In this document: positions 51,458-63,611 of the stretch, piece by piece | Layout of the letters: each line of letters begins with the position of its first letter | Position numbering within the stretch: the first letter of the stretch is position 1 | DNA from: Sporopachydermia quercuum | Taxonomy: Eukaryota | Assembly (NCBI GenBank): GCA_001599295.1 | Contig: BCGN01000009.1 | Coordinates: 664,413-728,412, forward strand | DNA length: 64,000 nucleotides | Reading direction: 5' to 3' | The notes under the pieces: generated by a model | Told to the model about the DNA's origin: nothing | Database searches by the model: none | Seen by the model: only the letters and a program-made list of their open reading frames with translations | Position numbers and translations under genes: made by a program

Positions 51458-53339
51458 CTAACGAGGCAAATGACCAGGGAAATTGCCAACTCGGTAACTA
51501 AAGGAAGTTATGTTAGTATATGGTTATTCTGCTTCAGAAGAGCTGGAAGATGACTTTCGAATTGAAGTAGAAGATTTTTAAGCGNAGCGAGTCCAAGCCT
51601 TGCATTATGACAAGTCGTAGCTATTTAAGAAAAACAAAGCTAATACATACTCCAAATGAACAAAAGCTCTTTCAATCATCGGTAAAGTCTCAATGGCGTA
51701 TTGAATGGCTTCACCAATATCATGACTATCTCTTACATTGAGATTAGAATCCAAGACAACATCAACTTCAACATTCACGTTATCACCAGCATGGTAAGCA
51801 TTGAGGGCTGTGATTTGTTTGACCGATTCAGCAAACCTAGCGCATAGATATAGAACAACTTGTCTATCCTCAGGATCTGCTGAAGCACCTGTAAGGTGTT
51901 CAATATGCTCAACAGCACTGGAAATCACTGGTTAGTTTTCGGAATAATCAAACACTATAGACTATACATGAAAGATATCCATGTCAATGACATGGTAACA
52001 TGCTTATCAATAAAAACTTAACATACGTTTGAGACCAAGAGTAGATTATATAACAAACAAGGAACAAGGCTCCACTTGGATCAACCCACCATAAGTCAAA
52101 ATAATAACCAACGACAGGGAAAATAATAGAGAATGTGCTAAAAATCGATAGTTAGTAAAGGTACCGGACATAACATAACTTCTAATTTCCGCTGGTGCAT
52201 ACGTGGATTCCTTTGACCATTCAACTGTTAATTGAAAAATAGCAAACATACTTAAAAACAATGTCAGTCTCAGCATCTTGAGCTAAAGCCTGAACTGAGC
52301 TTGACTCAATTGAGTTGCACCAGAAATATATAATCAATTTAGCAACAATTGTGAGTAACATAATGATGATTGATGAAACACCAACAACAACTGGAGTATG
52401 ATTATTATGGATAAGTCTTTGCAGCGCTTCGGATCCAACTTGGATAAATGACACACAAATAATGACTGAGAAAACCAAAACACCAATAGGTTCAAGTCTT
52501 GTCCTACCAACAGGATATAAATGAGCGTCTCTATGTTCGACTAATCTATTAGAAGTCCAGATGATGAATGTTGATAAAAAGTCCAAAACTGAGTCAACTA
52601 AAGATGCGATAACTGTCATAGAGTTTGTCAAGAGTGCTACTGCTGCTTTAGCAATCAATAAAAAGAAATTAACCGCGAAATTGACCATGATTGCAAAGAA
52701 TACAATATTGGAATTCTCTTCTTTATTGAATCCTAACAGTGGGGCCCCTTCTTCGTCAATGTTACCAGGAACCGCTCTAGATCTTGACCCTGATCCTTGA
52801 GACTCTAACGATGTATTACTTTCATTGTGGCCTGACAATCCTCGGTCATGCAAGTCGCTGCCATATGTTTTCAACATTGATATTTGAATACCGGAGTCTA
52901 ATAACCTATCAATTTCAATGTACCTTTGAATAATTTCATTTTGTTTCTCATAGAACTGCCTTACTTTTCTCCCACATTTTTGTAGCTCTTCATCACTTTT
53001 CAAATACTTAACCCAGTCGTATAAAGGTTTTGAGTTACCAACCAGCTTGAAAGGCCTCATTTCAAGAAGCGATGTATCGATAATGCTTTGACGGTAAGAT
53101 TTTGACATTGTTGCAAGAGAATTTGAACTCTGAAACTTCCTTTCTAATGCTATGATTGAAGCTCGATGACCTGAAGACACCGAGCCGAAAGAATCGACAA
53201 ATACTGAATTATGGCGGGTACGACTCATCTCCGAAGGCTGTAATATTTGTTGTTGATATCCCTGTTGTTCTGGTCCTAGTTCTTCTTGGTGTTGATTATG
53301 ATGAGCAGTGGATGCAAAAGGGGAGATGTTCTCACTCAT
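51458..53339 (-). CDS. MTP8-11-type (Mn) cation diffusion facilitator; exons 53339-52252, 52137-52027, 51917-51651, 51497-51458
   Basis: ASLVDSVLDFLS, YPVGRTRLEP, ALAQDAETD, WWVDPSGA, HDIGE and ERAFVHLDY after splicing three GTATGT introns. Confidence 0.93.
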
Positions 53340-54331
53340 TGCATTAAGAGTGTTTCAAACAAATAACGCCTCTAGAAAAGAAAGACAACTTCACTGAGAG
53401 CGTAATTGACCCCTGAAACAACCTATATGTAAAAATTATAACTTCAGGTCCCTCCAAGTAAAACGTGAGAGTGAGAAATAAAAAAAAATTCTTGAAAAAG
53501 CAATAATATTGTGTGGGTATGGTATGCACTATACTAATTAGTGGTTGGATGTCTCCTTATTACATGCACTATATGTCTCACCTTTCTCTAAATTTTCTGG
53601 GTATTGGCTGTTCTCTTTACCAAGTATTCAAATACAATTTTTTCTGAAGTCAATTGGGAGCAATTATNTTCGTTTAAGACAGTGGATTGCTTGAAATTTA
53701 CTACTGACGATTGCTCTATAATCAGTTCTATACTTATAAATAAGCAAGTTTCTTAAAGGTTGAATGCTTCATTTTCTCACGCTCATCTTTTTGTTCTTAT
53801 TGAAATCTTGTATCCGAATTTTTTAAGTTTTTTGAAAGTAAGTTTTGGATAACATACTGAGTTTGTCTAAGAGTACATAATGGTATATAAGGTTTGAACG
53901 TTTTTCTATTAATTGTTACCATTATTTGGTTAAAGTTCGGGTTTTGTTGCAAATAAGTTAAGTAATGTACTCAAAATCGTTAGCCTGCTGCTGCATTGTG
54001 ATGAGGGAGGAAGGCAATGAAAGAAGGAGGAACTGAAGATGAATGGGAAGATGAATAAATGAATGAAGATTGGTGTAAGCCATAAGTATATGTCTTAAAG
54101 GAATTAAGAAGGACATATATGTTTCATGGAAATAGTATAACTAGATTGGAAATAAAATAGACAATNTGAAGAAAAGTAATGGAANATAAATCGAGAGAAA
54201 CTCTGGCAATTGATCGCGACAAAGAGACAACTACATATTGTGATGAACAGGAGTAACGGCTTGCAGATCCAGGACATTGTTTTTAGGTAGAACTATTCTT
54301 TTGATTAACATACACACATAGATATATAATC

Positions 54332-54352
54332 ATATATATATATATATATATA
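54332..54352. repeat. (TA)n microsatellite
   Basis: Directly visible. Confidence 0.9.
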
Positions 54353-55300
54353 ACGAATATATTCGTTCGAAATTAGGATGCCTTTTGAATTGAGGCTTCA
54401 GAAGGTCGTCAATCAAAATGTAGTATTCCGGTGCTATTGATGCTTTCTTAATTGAAAACAGTATTCAAACCGCAAACTTGTTTCCCAACTGTTTTTTCAA
54501 GGCAAACAATAGACATGTCACCAATTCGAAAACAAAAAAAAACGGTTGGATTTTATGCCTTATTTGAACTACATCATCTCTCAACCTTGTTTATTCATCA
54601 ATTTCCATTACCTTTGCGGTGAACTGAGACGTGGAGAAGAACAAAACTCGCGAATGTCCACACATTAAGACAGGTTTTTCCCAATAAGTTAAAACTAAGG
54701 GTATTGACTTCCATGTAAAGGAGCACGCCANTGATCAGGTTGTACTGAAAAAACTCGATGGATCGACTTGTGCCAGTTTTGGACTACAATCTTTCTCCCA
54801 GAGAAACTAATCGTTACGATATGATTACAAGTTATAAAAAAACAAAATCTCAGGAAGGATGAGATTCAATGTGAGGTCTATAAAACAGTATTGGCTCGAA
54901 GTCAGACCATCATTCAATCGATAGTACCTCAAGCTGAAATGAGAATACTCGTAATTTTCAGCCAGTTACTCAGTAAACAGCTAGATTATTATTCATAATA
55001 TTTAGAAACCATCATTCTTATTGTCTACTGATGTAGAACTGACTTCAAAATCATTCTCTGACTAGCGACGCCAGCAATCTAGCTTAAAACAACTTCTATG
55101 ACTGTGTGAAGTAGAAAAAATTCAATTATCAAACTGAACAAGCCATCATAAATCCTAATACTTTTATCATTAACCCATCAACCAATCTTCTATTATCCAA
55201 CTCTCCAGCTTTTCGTTTAAGCCTCATCTACCATTGCTAGTAGTTGCATCTTTCCACCTTTCTTTATTTTGATTACATAATTATATATACAATCTCCCTG

Positions 55301-55392
55301 TAACATCAAGTCTCATTCCATCACAACTCATTTTAACATCACGTCTCATCCCTTTATTTTCTTCTACCAAAGTACTAAAAAATTTTTAGTAT
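55301..55392 (+). promoter_or_regulatory. PAC-like (CTCATC 55345) and RRPE-like (AAAAAATTTTT 55377) ribosome-biogenesis elements
   Basis: About 300 bp upstream of DBP9; PAC-like core lies within an imperfect direct repeat, taacatca(a/c)gtctcat. Confidence 0.55.
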
Positions 55393-55676
55393 GAGGATTC
55401 TTTATCACAAACAATACAAAAAAACATCTGCTCTATAATATCAAATCATCATTTGTATTAGGCGCTAGCTGTTATGAAAGAGACAATCAAGTTGAGCAAT
55501 TAACATTTATTCACTCAAATAAACTGATAAAATATCACACGATCAGGTAGGCATCTTCTTTACTTTAGTTATAGCATACCATTACATAGACTATTATCAA
55601 CAGATCAGAATAGTTTATTTCTGCTTCTTCTTTCTCAAACTTCCAGAGAAAAAGGAGACCCTAGCAGCACTTTACA

Positions 55677-57500
55677 ATGGCAGATACTTTTACTTCTACG
55701 GAGAATAAACCCTTAGATTCAAAGTACGTCGATGAAACAGTGAGCTTTGATTCATACAATCTAGACCCAAGGCTATCTCAGTCCTTGGCTAAACTTGGTT
55801 ATGTTCATCCTACATTAATTCAGGCAAATGCTATCCCACTGGCTATTCAAGACAAAAAAGATATCATTGCTAAAGCCAAAACTGGCTCAGGTAAAACTAT
55901 AGCGTATTTGATTCCTATAATTCAAGCTTTACTGGAATCTGAACGTCAATCAAGCGGTACTGATAATGAGAAAGCAACTAAGGCACTTATTTTAGTTCCT
56001 ACAAGAGAATTGAGTGAACAAGTAACGAAAACTATCGAAAGCTTGTTGAAAACATGCGAAAAGGCAATAAAAGTAGTGAATATTGCAAGAAATGTTTCAG
56101 ATTCAGTTCAGAACTCTTTGTTGGCCGAATTTCCTGATATTGTTGTAGCCACCCCCAGCCGAGCTATCAATGGTATCAATTCTTCTTATTTAGAACCAAA
56201 CGATATTCAATTCTTAGTCATTGATGAAGTAGATTTGATTCTCAGTTATGGTTATGAAGACGATTTGAATGGGTTGTCAGAAAGATTACCGCTGAAGAAA
56301 ACTATTCAGACATGGTTAATGAGTGCAACTATCAATGATGATATAACTACATTGAAGAATCAGTTCTGTAGATCTCCAGCTATTATAAAGCTACAAGAAG
56401 ATGAAAACGACACTAACAACCTTGTTCAATACTACTGCAAATGCACCGAGCTTGACAAGTTCTTACTGGCTTATGTGATATATAAACTGGGTCTTGTCAA
56501 AGGTAAGAGTATTATATTCGTTAACGATATTGATAGAGGATACAAGCTCAAGTTGTTTTTTGAACAGTTTGGAATAAGAAGCTGTGTGCTCAATTCTGAA
56601 TTACCTATCAATTCGAGAATACATATAGTTGAAGAGTTCAACAAGCATATATACAATTTGCTTATTGCTACTGATGAGTCTGATTCCCTTGATACAGAAG
56701 AGCAGCCCGAACAAACAGAACAAGCTGAACAGCCAGAACAAATAAAACAAATTGAACAACCAGAGAAAACAGAAAAATCAGAAGAATCAAATGTCTCATC
56801 TACAAAAGGTGCAAAACCTCAACAATCCCACANGGCTAAAAAGTCCAAATCTGAATACGGAGTTTCCCGAGGTGTAGATTTCAAAAACGTGGCTTGCGTA
56901 TTGAACTTCGACCTTCCAACGTCTTCAAGAGCTTATATTCATAGAATTGGAAGAACCGCTAGAGCAGGCAAATCAGGTATGAGTTTATCATTTGTTGTTC
57001 CCAAGGATCAATGGGGAAAACATAAGCAATCATCGGTTGCCACAGCAAGAAAAGATGAAAAAGTATTATCTAGAATAATCAGAACTCAGCAGAAACTAGG
57101 CAATGAGATATTGCCTTATGCTTTTGATATGAAGCAAGTTGAAGGCTTCCGATATAGAATGGAAGATGCTTTCAGAGCTGTGACGAAAGTATCAGTGAGA
57201 GAAGCAAGAGTGAAGGAGATTAAGAATGAGATTATTACATCCGAGAAGCTCAAGCGTCATTTTGAAGAAAATCCCAGCGATTTAGCTAATTTACGTCATG
57301 ATAAGGAAGTCCATCCTACAAGAGTTCAACCTCATATGAAGAGAGTTCCTGATTATTTACTGCCTGCTGGAGCACAGTCTACTAAGAAGATTGGATTTGT
57401 TCCTTTCCATAAGAACGGTGGTAAGCATAAAGTGAAGAAAGGTGGTAGAAAAGGGAGAAGTAGGAAAGCCGATCCTCTGAAGTCCTTCAAGGGTAAATGA
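55677..57500 (+). CDS. DBP9: DEAD-box RNA helicase for 60S biogenesis (DDX56)
   Basis: [48 protein letters not shown] and C-terminal DPLKSF motifs. Confidence 0.96.
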   Translation: MADTFTSTENKPLDSKYVDETVSFDSYNLDPRLSQSLAKLGYVHPTLIQANAIPLAIQDKKDIIAKAKTGSGKTIAYLIPIIQALLESERQSSGTDNEKATKALILVPTRELSEQVTKTIESLLKTCEKAIKVVNIARNVSDSVQNSLLAEFPDIVVATPSRAINGINSSYLEPNDIQFLVIDEVDLILSYGYEDDLNGLSERLPLKKTIQTWLMSATINDDITTLKNQFCRSPAIIKLQEDENDTNNLVQYYCKCTELDKFLLAYVIYKLGLVKGKSIIFVNDIDRGYKLKLFFEQFGIRSCVLNSELPINSRIHIVEEFNKHIYNLLIATDESDSLDTEEQPEQTEQAEQPEQIKQIEQPEKTEKSEESNVSSTKGAKPQQSHXAKKSKSEYGVSRGVDFKNVACVLNFDLPTSSRAYIHRIGRTARAGKSGMSLSFVVPKDQWGKHKQSSVATARKDEKVLSRIIRTQQKLGNEILPYAFDMKQVEGFRYRMEDAFRAVTKVSVREARVKEIKNEIITSEKLKRHFEENPSDLANLRHDKEVHPTRVQPHMKRVPDYLLPAGAQSTKKIGFVPFHKNGGKHKVKKGGRKGRSRKADPLKSFKGK

Positions 57501-58557
57501 GATTAAGAGGCTAATGGAGGTGAATGAAAGATAGCAGCAAGGCAGAATAGTAGAAATTAGTAATGAGAGTGTAAATCGTTTACAGAGTGGGAGCATTTAT
57601 GGTAGAGTTTACAGCAGAATGTAATAAATACATAAGATATGTTGTGAATAGTAGATCGTGAATGATAGTAATAGTAAGAAATGGTTGTATTATATTTAAG
57701 TGTGATATACTACGTACTAATATTCTAGCTATCAGTAGTAGAATATGGAACTACTAAAAGAGAACAGAACTTAAGAGAACAGAATTTTCAGTATACTAGT
57801 ATTAGTAATGGGAATATTGACATAGATTAATATTACATCCTTTGATACATTGCTAATATTGTCACTGATAAAATCAGACTAAACCAACAAGAATCAGATA
57901 AAATAGTTATAAGCAAGCATAAGATAGAATCATATGAACGTAGAGGTTAAACTGCCATATTTGATTTTAAAGCTCTATTATTTAAAGAAGTAGGCTAATC
58001 CATTCTATGTAGTCTGAATTTAAGAATTTAGGGAATCAAACCACTAACTAGCTATTATTGCTGCTGTTGCCGTAGTTCCTAAGAGAGATAACCCATTGAC
58101 GAGAATTGAGAAAAAAATAAGTATAAGTATAACAGTGTAAATAACCAAACAAACAACAACGATTGTTTAAGTATTGTCAAAATATGAACCCAGAAAAAAT
58201 TAGGAATTAGCATGAAAAATTACTGACAATTGGATGCCAGATCATTAATGAGAATAGCAAAAGTAGCAATTAGCAAGTAATAAGTAATAAGCACTAACTA
58301 ATAAGTAATAAGTAATAGTAAGCCAATATAGTACAATATAAGTTTATGCTGTAAGTCCCTTTGAGAGTAAAATAATTGGTAAGCATGTGAGTGATTCTTA
58401 TTAACAGATAGTAAGATAATAACAACACAGTAGCAACAGTAATAGGAAAGTAGAAACTCTATTGATCATTCATAAAAATCTCCTCTATTCATTCATTTGC
58501 ATATAAATATAATCATAGATAAATTTCCTACTCTCCTGCTCCCTGCTTTCTTCCTCC

Positions 58558-60119
58558 TCAAGCATAGTCAGGTGCCAATCTTTCAATCTGCTCTAATGTA
58601 ATAACTCCTGTAGCCAAATCGTCTTCCAGCGCTTGCAAAGCTATTGCTGCAACAGATTGACTACTCAACGGACGTTTAATCACACCATCAACTCCTAGAA
58701 ATCCTAATGGCCCATTCTTATTGAAAACAGTCTTACCAATAGTAGCAACTGTTGAAATTCCTGTAGCCACTTGAGTTCTAATACTATCAAAGTTCTCTTG
58801 CTCGTCATACATAAAACCAGGTCTCAGGAAGACAGACCGAAGAGACTGTAGAGTGCTCAATTGCTTCTCAGCTTCAAGCTTACTGTTGATATATTCAGGT
58901 AGAAATCTGCTCACTGCTGTATCAGCAGAAATATATAAAAAAGGCTTCTTGGGTCCATTTGGTTCAATAGTATTAGCAAATTCCTTTGCAAGAATAACTG
59001 CTGATTCAGTATTGATTTTCCGATAGGAGCTGGTCACAGTCTTCTTCATAGGATCAGAGCCATTAACCAATTGGCATAGATAGCTTGATGCAGCCGAAGC
59101 AACAAGAGCAGCAGGGGAAGAAGAGGACGAGTTGAGAATTGATTTATAATCGCTTTCCAGAAGGATTCCCATTGAATGGACAACAGCATCAGTCTCTTGT
59201 AGATGTTGATGATAAGTATCCGGTTTGAAGATATCACCAGATTGCCATGAGACTTTTTCCAGCCATGAAATGTCACCGATCTTAGATGTGCTGATGTTGA
59301 TATCTGGCATCTGCCCTTTACGGCTATAGTATGTTAGTAGAAGAAGAGGGAGAAGGAAAGAGAGAAGAAAAAGAGAAGAGGGAAGTATGACAGAATGAAT
59401 TAATCATCAAGAACTGCTGTCCTGCTAACTATTGATAGCCTATCTTCTATCAATAGACCTTTCGGATTCATTCTTAGTAAAACAGTGGTATAACTGTTTA
59501 GCAAGACAAATAATCCCATTTCAATTGCTTCTCACACTGAATATTGTACCCGTTCTTCTCGTAGTTTTTACAGTTAATCTACTATGCAGTATCCTGTTTC
59601 AGCCATTGAATCTGACCTGATATATTCTCAATAGCTGACGACCATATCAATTAAACCAGTTCAGAAAAAAAAATTATGCCAGACAGCAAATGAGCATAAA
59701 AGCAGGAAAGTTAGGGATAGGCGACACTGTAAGGTCATCGATCACCTTTCTAGCTCGTTATGTTCATATTAATTCCTCTGACGATAGTATAATATATACG
59801 GTAAAGTAAATTTAAGCACTTTCAGCTGTTTTATCATAAAAACAGGTTTTCTTTTCTTCTTGCTATTAATTCTATCATTCTTCATTCCTTATTCCATCAT
59901 TCATTTGATCGATCGATCACTATGCTTACCTAATAGATGTCACATTCCAACCTTTAGAAACAGCTCTTTGACAGATTCTTTTACCTGTTGATGATAATTG
60001 GTTAATATTCTAAAGATACAAGCATCAGAAACATCTATCAACAGCTTCTGCTGCCATCTCAGCTCATAATCTATCATACCTAAGAAACCTGCTCCTCCAA
60101 ATACTACAAGATTGGGCAT
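58558..60119 (-). CDS. COQ11: Atypical SDR/Rossmann protein (Coq11/NDUFA9-like); exons 60119-60080, 59984-59930, 59323-58558
   Basis: Spliced LVVFGGAGFLGKRIC..AV..GW.VTSISR, VVHSMGILLE, FLYISAD, YINSK.EAE and RPGFMY motifs. Confidence 0.88.
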
Positions 60120-61706
60120 TTTTCTCAATAGATTAACCGCCGTAGTTCGGCACAGATATGTGTGTTCTTACAATAAAATCAGTACAGTTGAGCCTTCTAT
60201 TGTGGGAATAAATAGAAGGCAAGTTTGCAATATTCGATGAATATATTTCTTGCTTCGTTAGTTGGTAGAAAGTCGAGATATCTCTATTGATTGCAGTGAT
60301 TGAGTGATTGATAGGCCTGTAATAGGCAATTGACAAACAGGCTTACAGAAACTGATTATAGCCTGCGGTAATGGATACCTTAGGGATAGCAAACAGACAA
60401 CTAATATAACCTTTTTTTTCAACCTAACTCACCCTGATTCCGTTTTGCTTTGTAGTTGCTGGAATCTGGTGAACAGTTTGTCAGTTCTTTCATCACCTGA
60501 GCAGAGCAGTTTGAATGGTGAAAGGAAAAGTAAAAGGAAGAGAAAACGAGAGATGATGGATCATAGAATTAGGGTTAAGGTTGGGGTGCTTTTACATGAA
60601 AAAGATTGAGTCTGAAAAGGAAGGTCTAAGTGAGTTAGCANGAAGAGGTGGAGATTGAAAGAGATTTGATACTATGATGAGTGGGGTATGTTAGAGTGTG
60701 ATTCTGGGATGATTCGGTGGAACAAATTGAAAGAGTTAGAGATAATGGTAGGAAAACTCAGATTACGGGCAGGGGTATGTTATTGAAGGAAAAGAAGAAA
60801 AAGAAACGGGTGTAAGCGAAGGGTACTAAAGTTTGAGAATTGTGCCATAGAATAGAAACTTAAATTCCCGTAAGCTTCATTGGTGATACATGCCTAATTG
60901 ATCGGAATAAATAAATATACATGAAAAGTATAAAATTTTGTTAATAAATCTGTTAAATGACAACAGACAAAGCAATTGAAAGGTACCATTTAAAGAGTAG
61001 AGAACAATAGAGTTATTATGCTTTTGTTTTACCGCTTCACCCAAAGAGCACTTAACGTTCCAAACTTTACATAGACATTGCATAACTTGCCAAACCTAAA
61101 ACTGTATCTATATCTTACTTCTCATATCACCACTACTTATGTTACGANAATTTCTCTCTAAACAGCAGTAAGACAAACTAGTAAAAATAATTCAACGTAT
61201 TCAGTAATTTCAGGTTATTTTACTCCATTAGCAGGTAAATTTGGTCAGAAAATTTACATCATCACCATCTTTAATAAGCTTCAGATGACTATGCACCATT
61301 CTGCATCATAATGCATCATCTCAACTCAATCTCACATGTTCCACTTCCCACATCGAGGAGATCTCTTCATCCTTTCACCAGTCACTATTACTATTAAGAC
61401 TATGATGAAAATAGGCAAACGATAAGCACTTTAGAACAAATAGGTGCGAAAATTAAGGAAAAAACGATTTCTTTTACCTTGACTATCTTGATTGTTTTGT
61501 TTGATCAAATCAACTCGCAAGCAGGCGGTCAGATACACATGNATAGATGGCTGCTGTCTATGCTTGATAGTTCTCTTGTATCTGCCTTGTAATTNTTACT
61601 ATTTAGCATTACTAGTCCTATCTTTACCAATAGTCAGGGCAACTGTTATTGTATAAATTACATTGACCTTAAACTGAAATCATCATCCTACAACCGACTC
61701 TTTAAA

Positions 61707-63611
61707 ATGTCTCAAACCAGTGCCATTGCAGAAACCAATTTAAAGCTTCTGCCTTACTTCCAAAGCATAGCACCGTCATCATCATGCTCATTTGATGAAA
61801 GCACCATTGAAAAGTTTGAAATTGAACTGGAAACCTTGGGAAACTTGCTAAGAGAAGAGGACAATAGATCTCACAATTTGATACCTCAATTGATTGAACA
61901 GTGCATAGAAACTGCTGTGTTCTGCAGTGAAACGATTGCCAATGGTGTTGCTGACATCAACTTCAAGCCGTATGTTGATTTGGCTATGAGCAGCTTGAGA
62001 GTGCTCTGCAATGCAGCTGCTTATAACGAAAGAAATAGAGACATTCTAGAGAAACATCTACAAAAAGATCAGCAGTTTGGTAAGGCCCTTCTNTGGATTT
62101 ATTCTCAGGATGTGTCAACCAGTAACACCATCACTGAGGCCATCAACGAGGTATGCGATAGAGTAACTGTACTATTAAAAAACTATTCATTAGATTCGAA
62201 GCAGCGAGGGAAAACCATTGGCGGATTCTTTATTCCCATTTTGAATCATTATATTTCAAGATTTCAGTATAACGCAGAAGAAAAAAACATAGATGAGATT
62301 TTGTTAGGGGTAGAGCTACTAAGCGGAATACAAGAAGACAGAGGATCTGACATAACCAGCCAAAGTATTCTAATATTGGTTGAACTGTTTGATAGGACAT
62401 TAGACGTTAAAAATGGTGATTTAACAAGCACTGACGAAGAATTACAGGATGAAACGTTTGAAATACTATTAGTATTAACTAAGTTCATCGAACATCTATC
62501 AACTTCATATTACTATACATTTGAAACATGTCCTTCTAACGTGATTCAAGAGAATCTGTTTAGGATTCTGGCCAAGCTTGAAAATTTTTCATCACAGCGA
62601 AATATGCTTAGGTATAACAGAAGTGTTTTGGCTATTATTGGTGGAATCTCTGCTAATATTGAGAATAGTAACATCGAAGACAGGAGCTTGGCTATTGGGT
62701 ATATTGATGATAAGCATAATGGATATGTCAGTTCAGCCGCTATGACAATTCTGTCGAATTCAATATCCAATTCTGAAAGTAAAGATGCTGTTATTGGTTT
62801 ATTAGAAACGACTAATGTGGCATCAGAGTCTAGCTTGAATAATGATACTAATAATGGCGTCATACAAAGAATAGTGGCTGCGGGAGAGACGTTCAAAGAT
62901 CCAGTACTGTTGCAATCATATTTCCATTTATTGAAGAATACTCTCACTTTTGACACTATAAATGCTCTGGAGTCTCAGAAAATACAGGATTCTTTGTTAG
63001 CAGCTATAGAAACGTGCATGTTCAATATGAAGTACTACGGTGGATTAGGAGCATTATTGAACAGCTTTCTAAAGAAAATGGTAGCGATTGGCAATAAGAA
63101 AGTTATCACGATCTTGATTAGGAATCCTAAGTTTGACTCTGGTGTTTTAGACAATCCTAATTTCGACGAAAGCTTCATTGATATCGAATGCTTGCTGATC
63201 AATAAATTGGTGATCTTTTCTAAAGGTGCTACATCCTCAAGACTAACTGAAGAGCTTGTGTTCAAGAAATTGTTGAGGCAGTTTATTCCTCAATTGGGAA
63301 ATGCAGATACACTTTCCAANGACCCGCAGGGAGCACTTTTGCTGTTTGAATTTACCAAAACACTAGGAGTTCTCGTTGCTGACAGAAACATTAGAGAAGG
63401 GCTGCTGGAGACGTCAGAGAAGGAATTGACAGATTTCCTCAGTAAAATGTACAGAGTTTCACAGGATATGATACCCAATGATGGAAATCCTAGTAAAGCG
63501 TCTTTTAATACAATATTCGCTAACAATTTGCGGTTTATTGCTGGAAATATACTTGAAAGTTGTGTGCTTGAAACTATCAAAGGATTATGTAATCAGATAT
63601 TGAGGAGTTAA
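61707..63611 (+). CDS. BEM4: ARM-repeat smgGDS-like Rho-GTPase partner
   Basis: 634 aa. LGNLLREEDNR and LRVLCNAAAYNERNRDIL resemble the Bem4 N-terminus; ILSNSI motif; helical repeats. Confidence 0.72.
   Translation: MSQTSAIAETNLKLLPYFQSIAPSSSCSFDESTIEKFEIELETLGNLLREEDNRSHNLIPQLIEQCIETAVFCSETIANGVADINFKPYVDLAMSSLRVLCNAAAYNERNRDILEKHLQKDQQFGKALXWIYSQDVSTSNTITEAINEVCDRVTVLLKNYSLDSKQRGKTIGGFFIPILNHYISRFQYNAEEKNIDEILLGVELLSGIQEDRGSDITSQSILILVELFDRTLDVKNGDLTSTDEELQDETFEILLVLTKFIEHLSTSYYYTFETCPSNVIQENLFRILAKLENFSSQRNMLRYNRSVLAIIGGISANIENSNIEDRSLAIGYIDDKHNGYVSSAAMTILSNSISNSESKDAVIGLLETTNVASESSLNNDTNNGVIQRIVAAGETFKDPVLLQSYFHLLKNTLTFDTINALESQKIQDSLLAAIETCMFNMKYYGGLGALLNSFLKKMVAIGNKKVITILIRNPKFDSGVLDNPNFDESFIDIECLLINKLVIFSKGATSSRLTEELVFKKLLRQFIPQLGNADTLSXDPQGALLLFEFTKTLGVLVADRNIREGLLETSEKELTDFLSKMYRVSQDMIPNDGNPSKASFNTIFANNLRFIAGNILESCVLETIKGLCNQILRS

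Noticed and set aside
59391..59475. Hammerhead ribozyme (GAAA...TTGATGA) in the COQ11 intron
   Set aside because: The core is CTTGATGA rather than CTGATGA, and stems I and III do not form in the required register.
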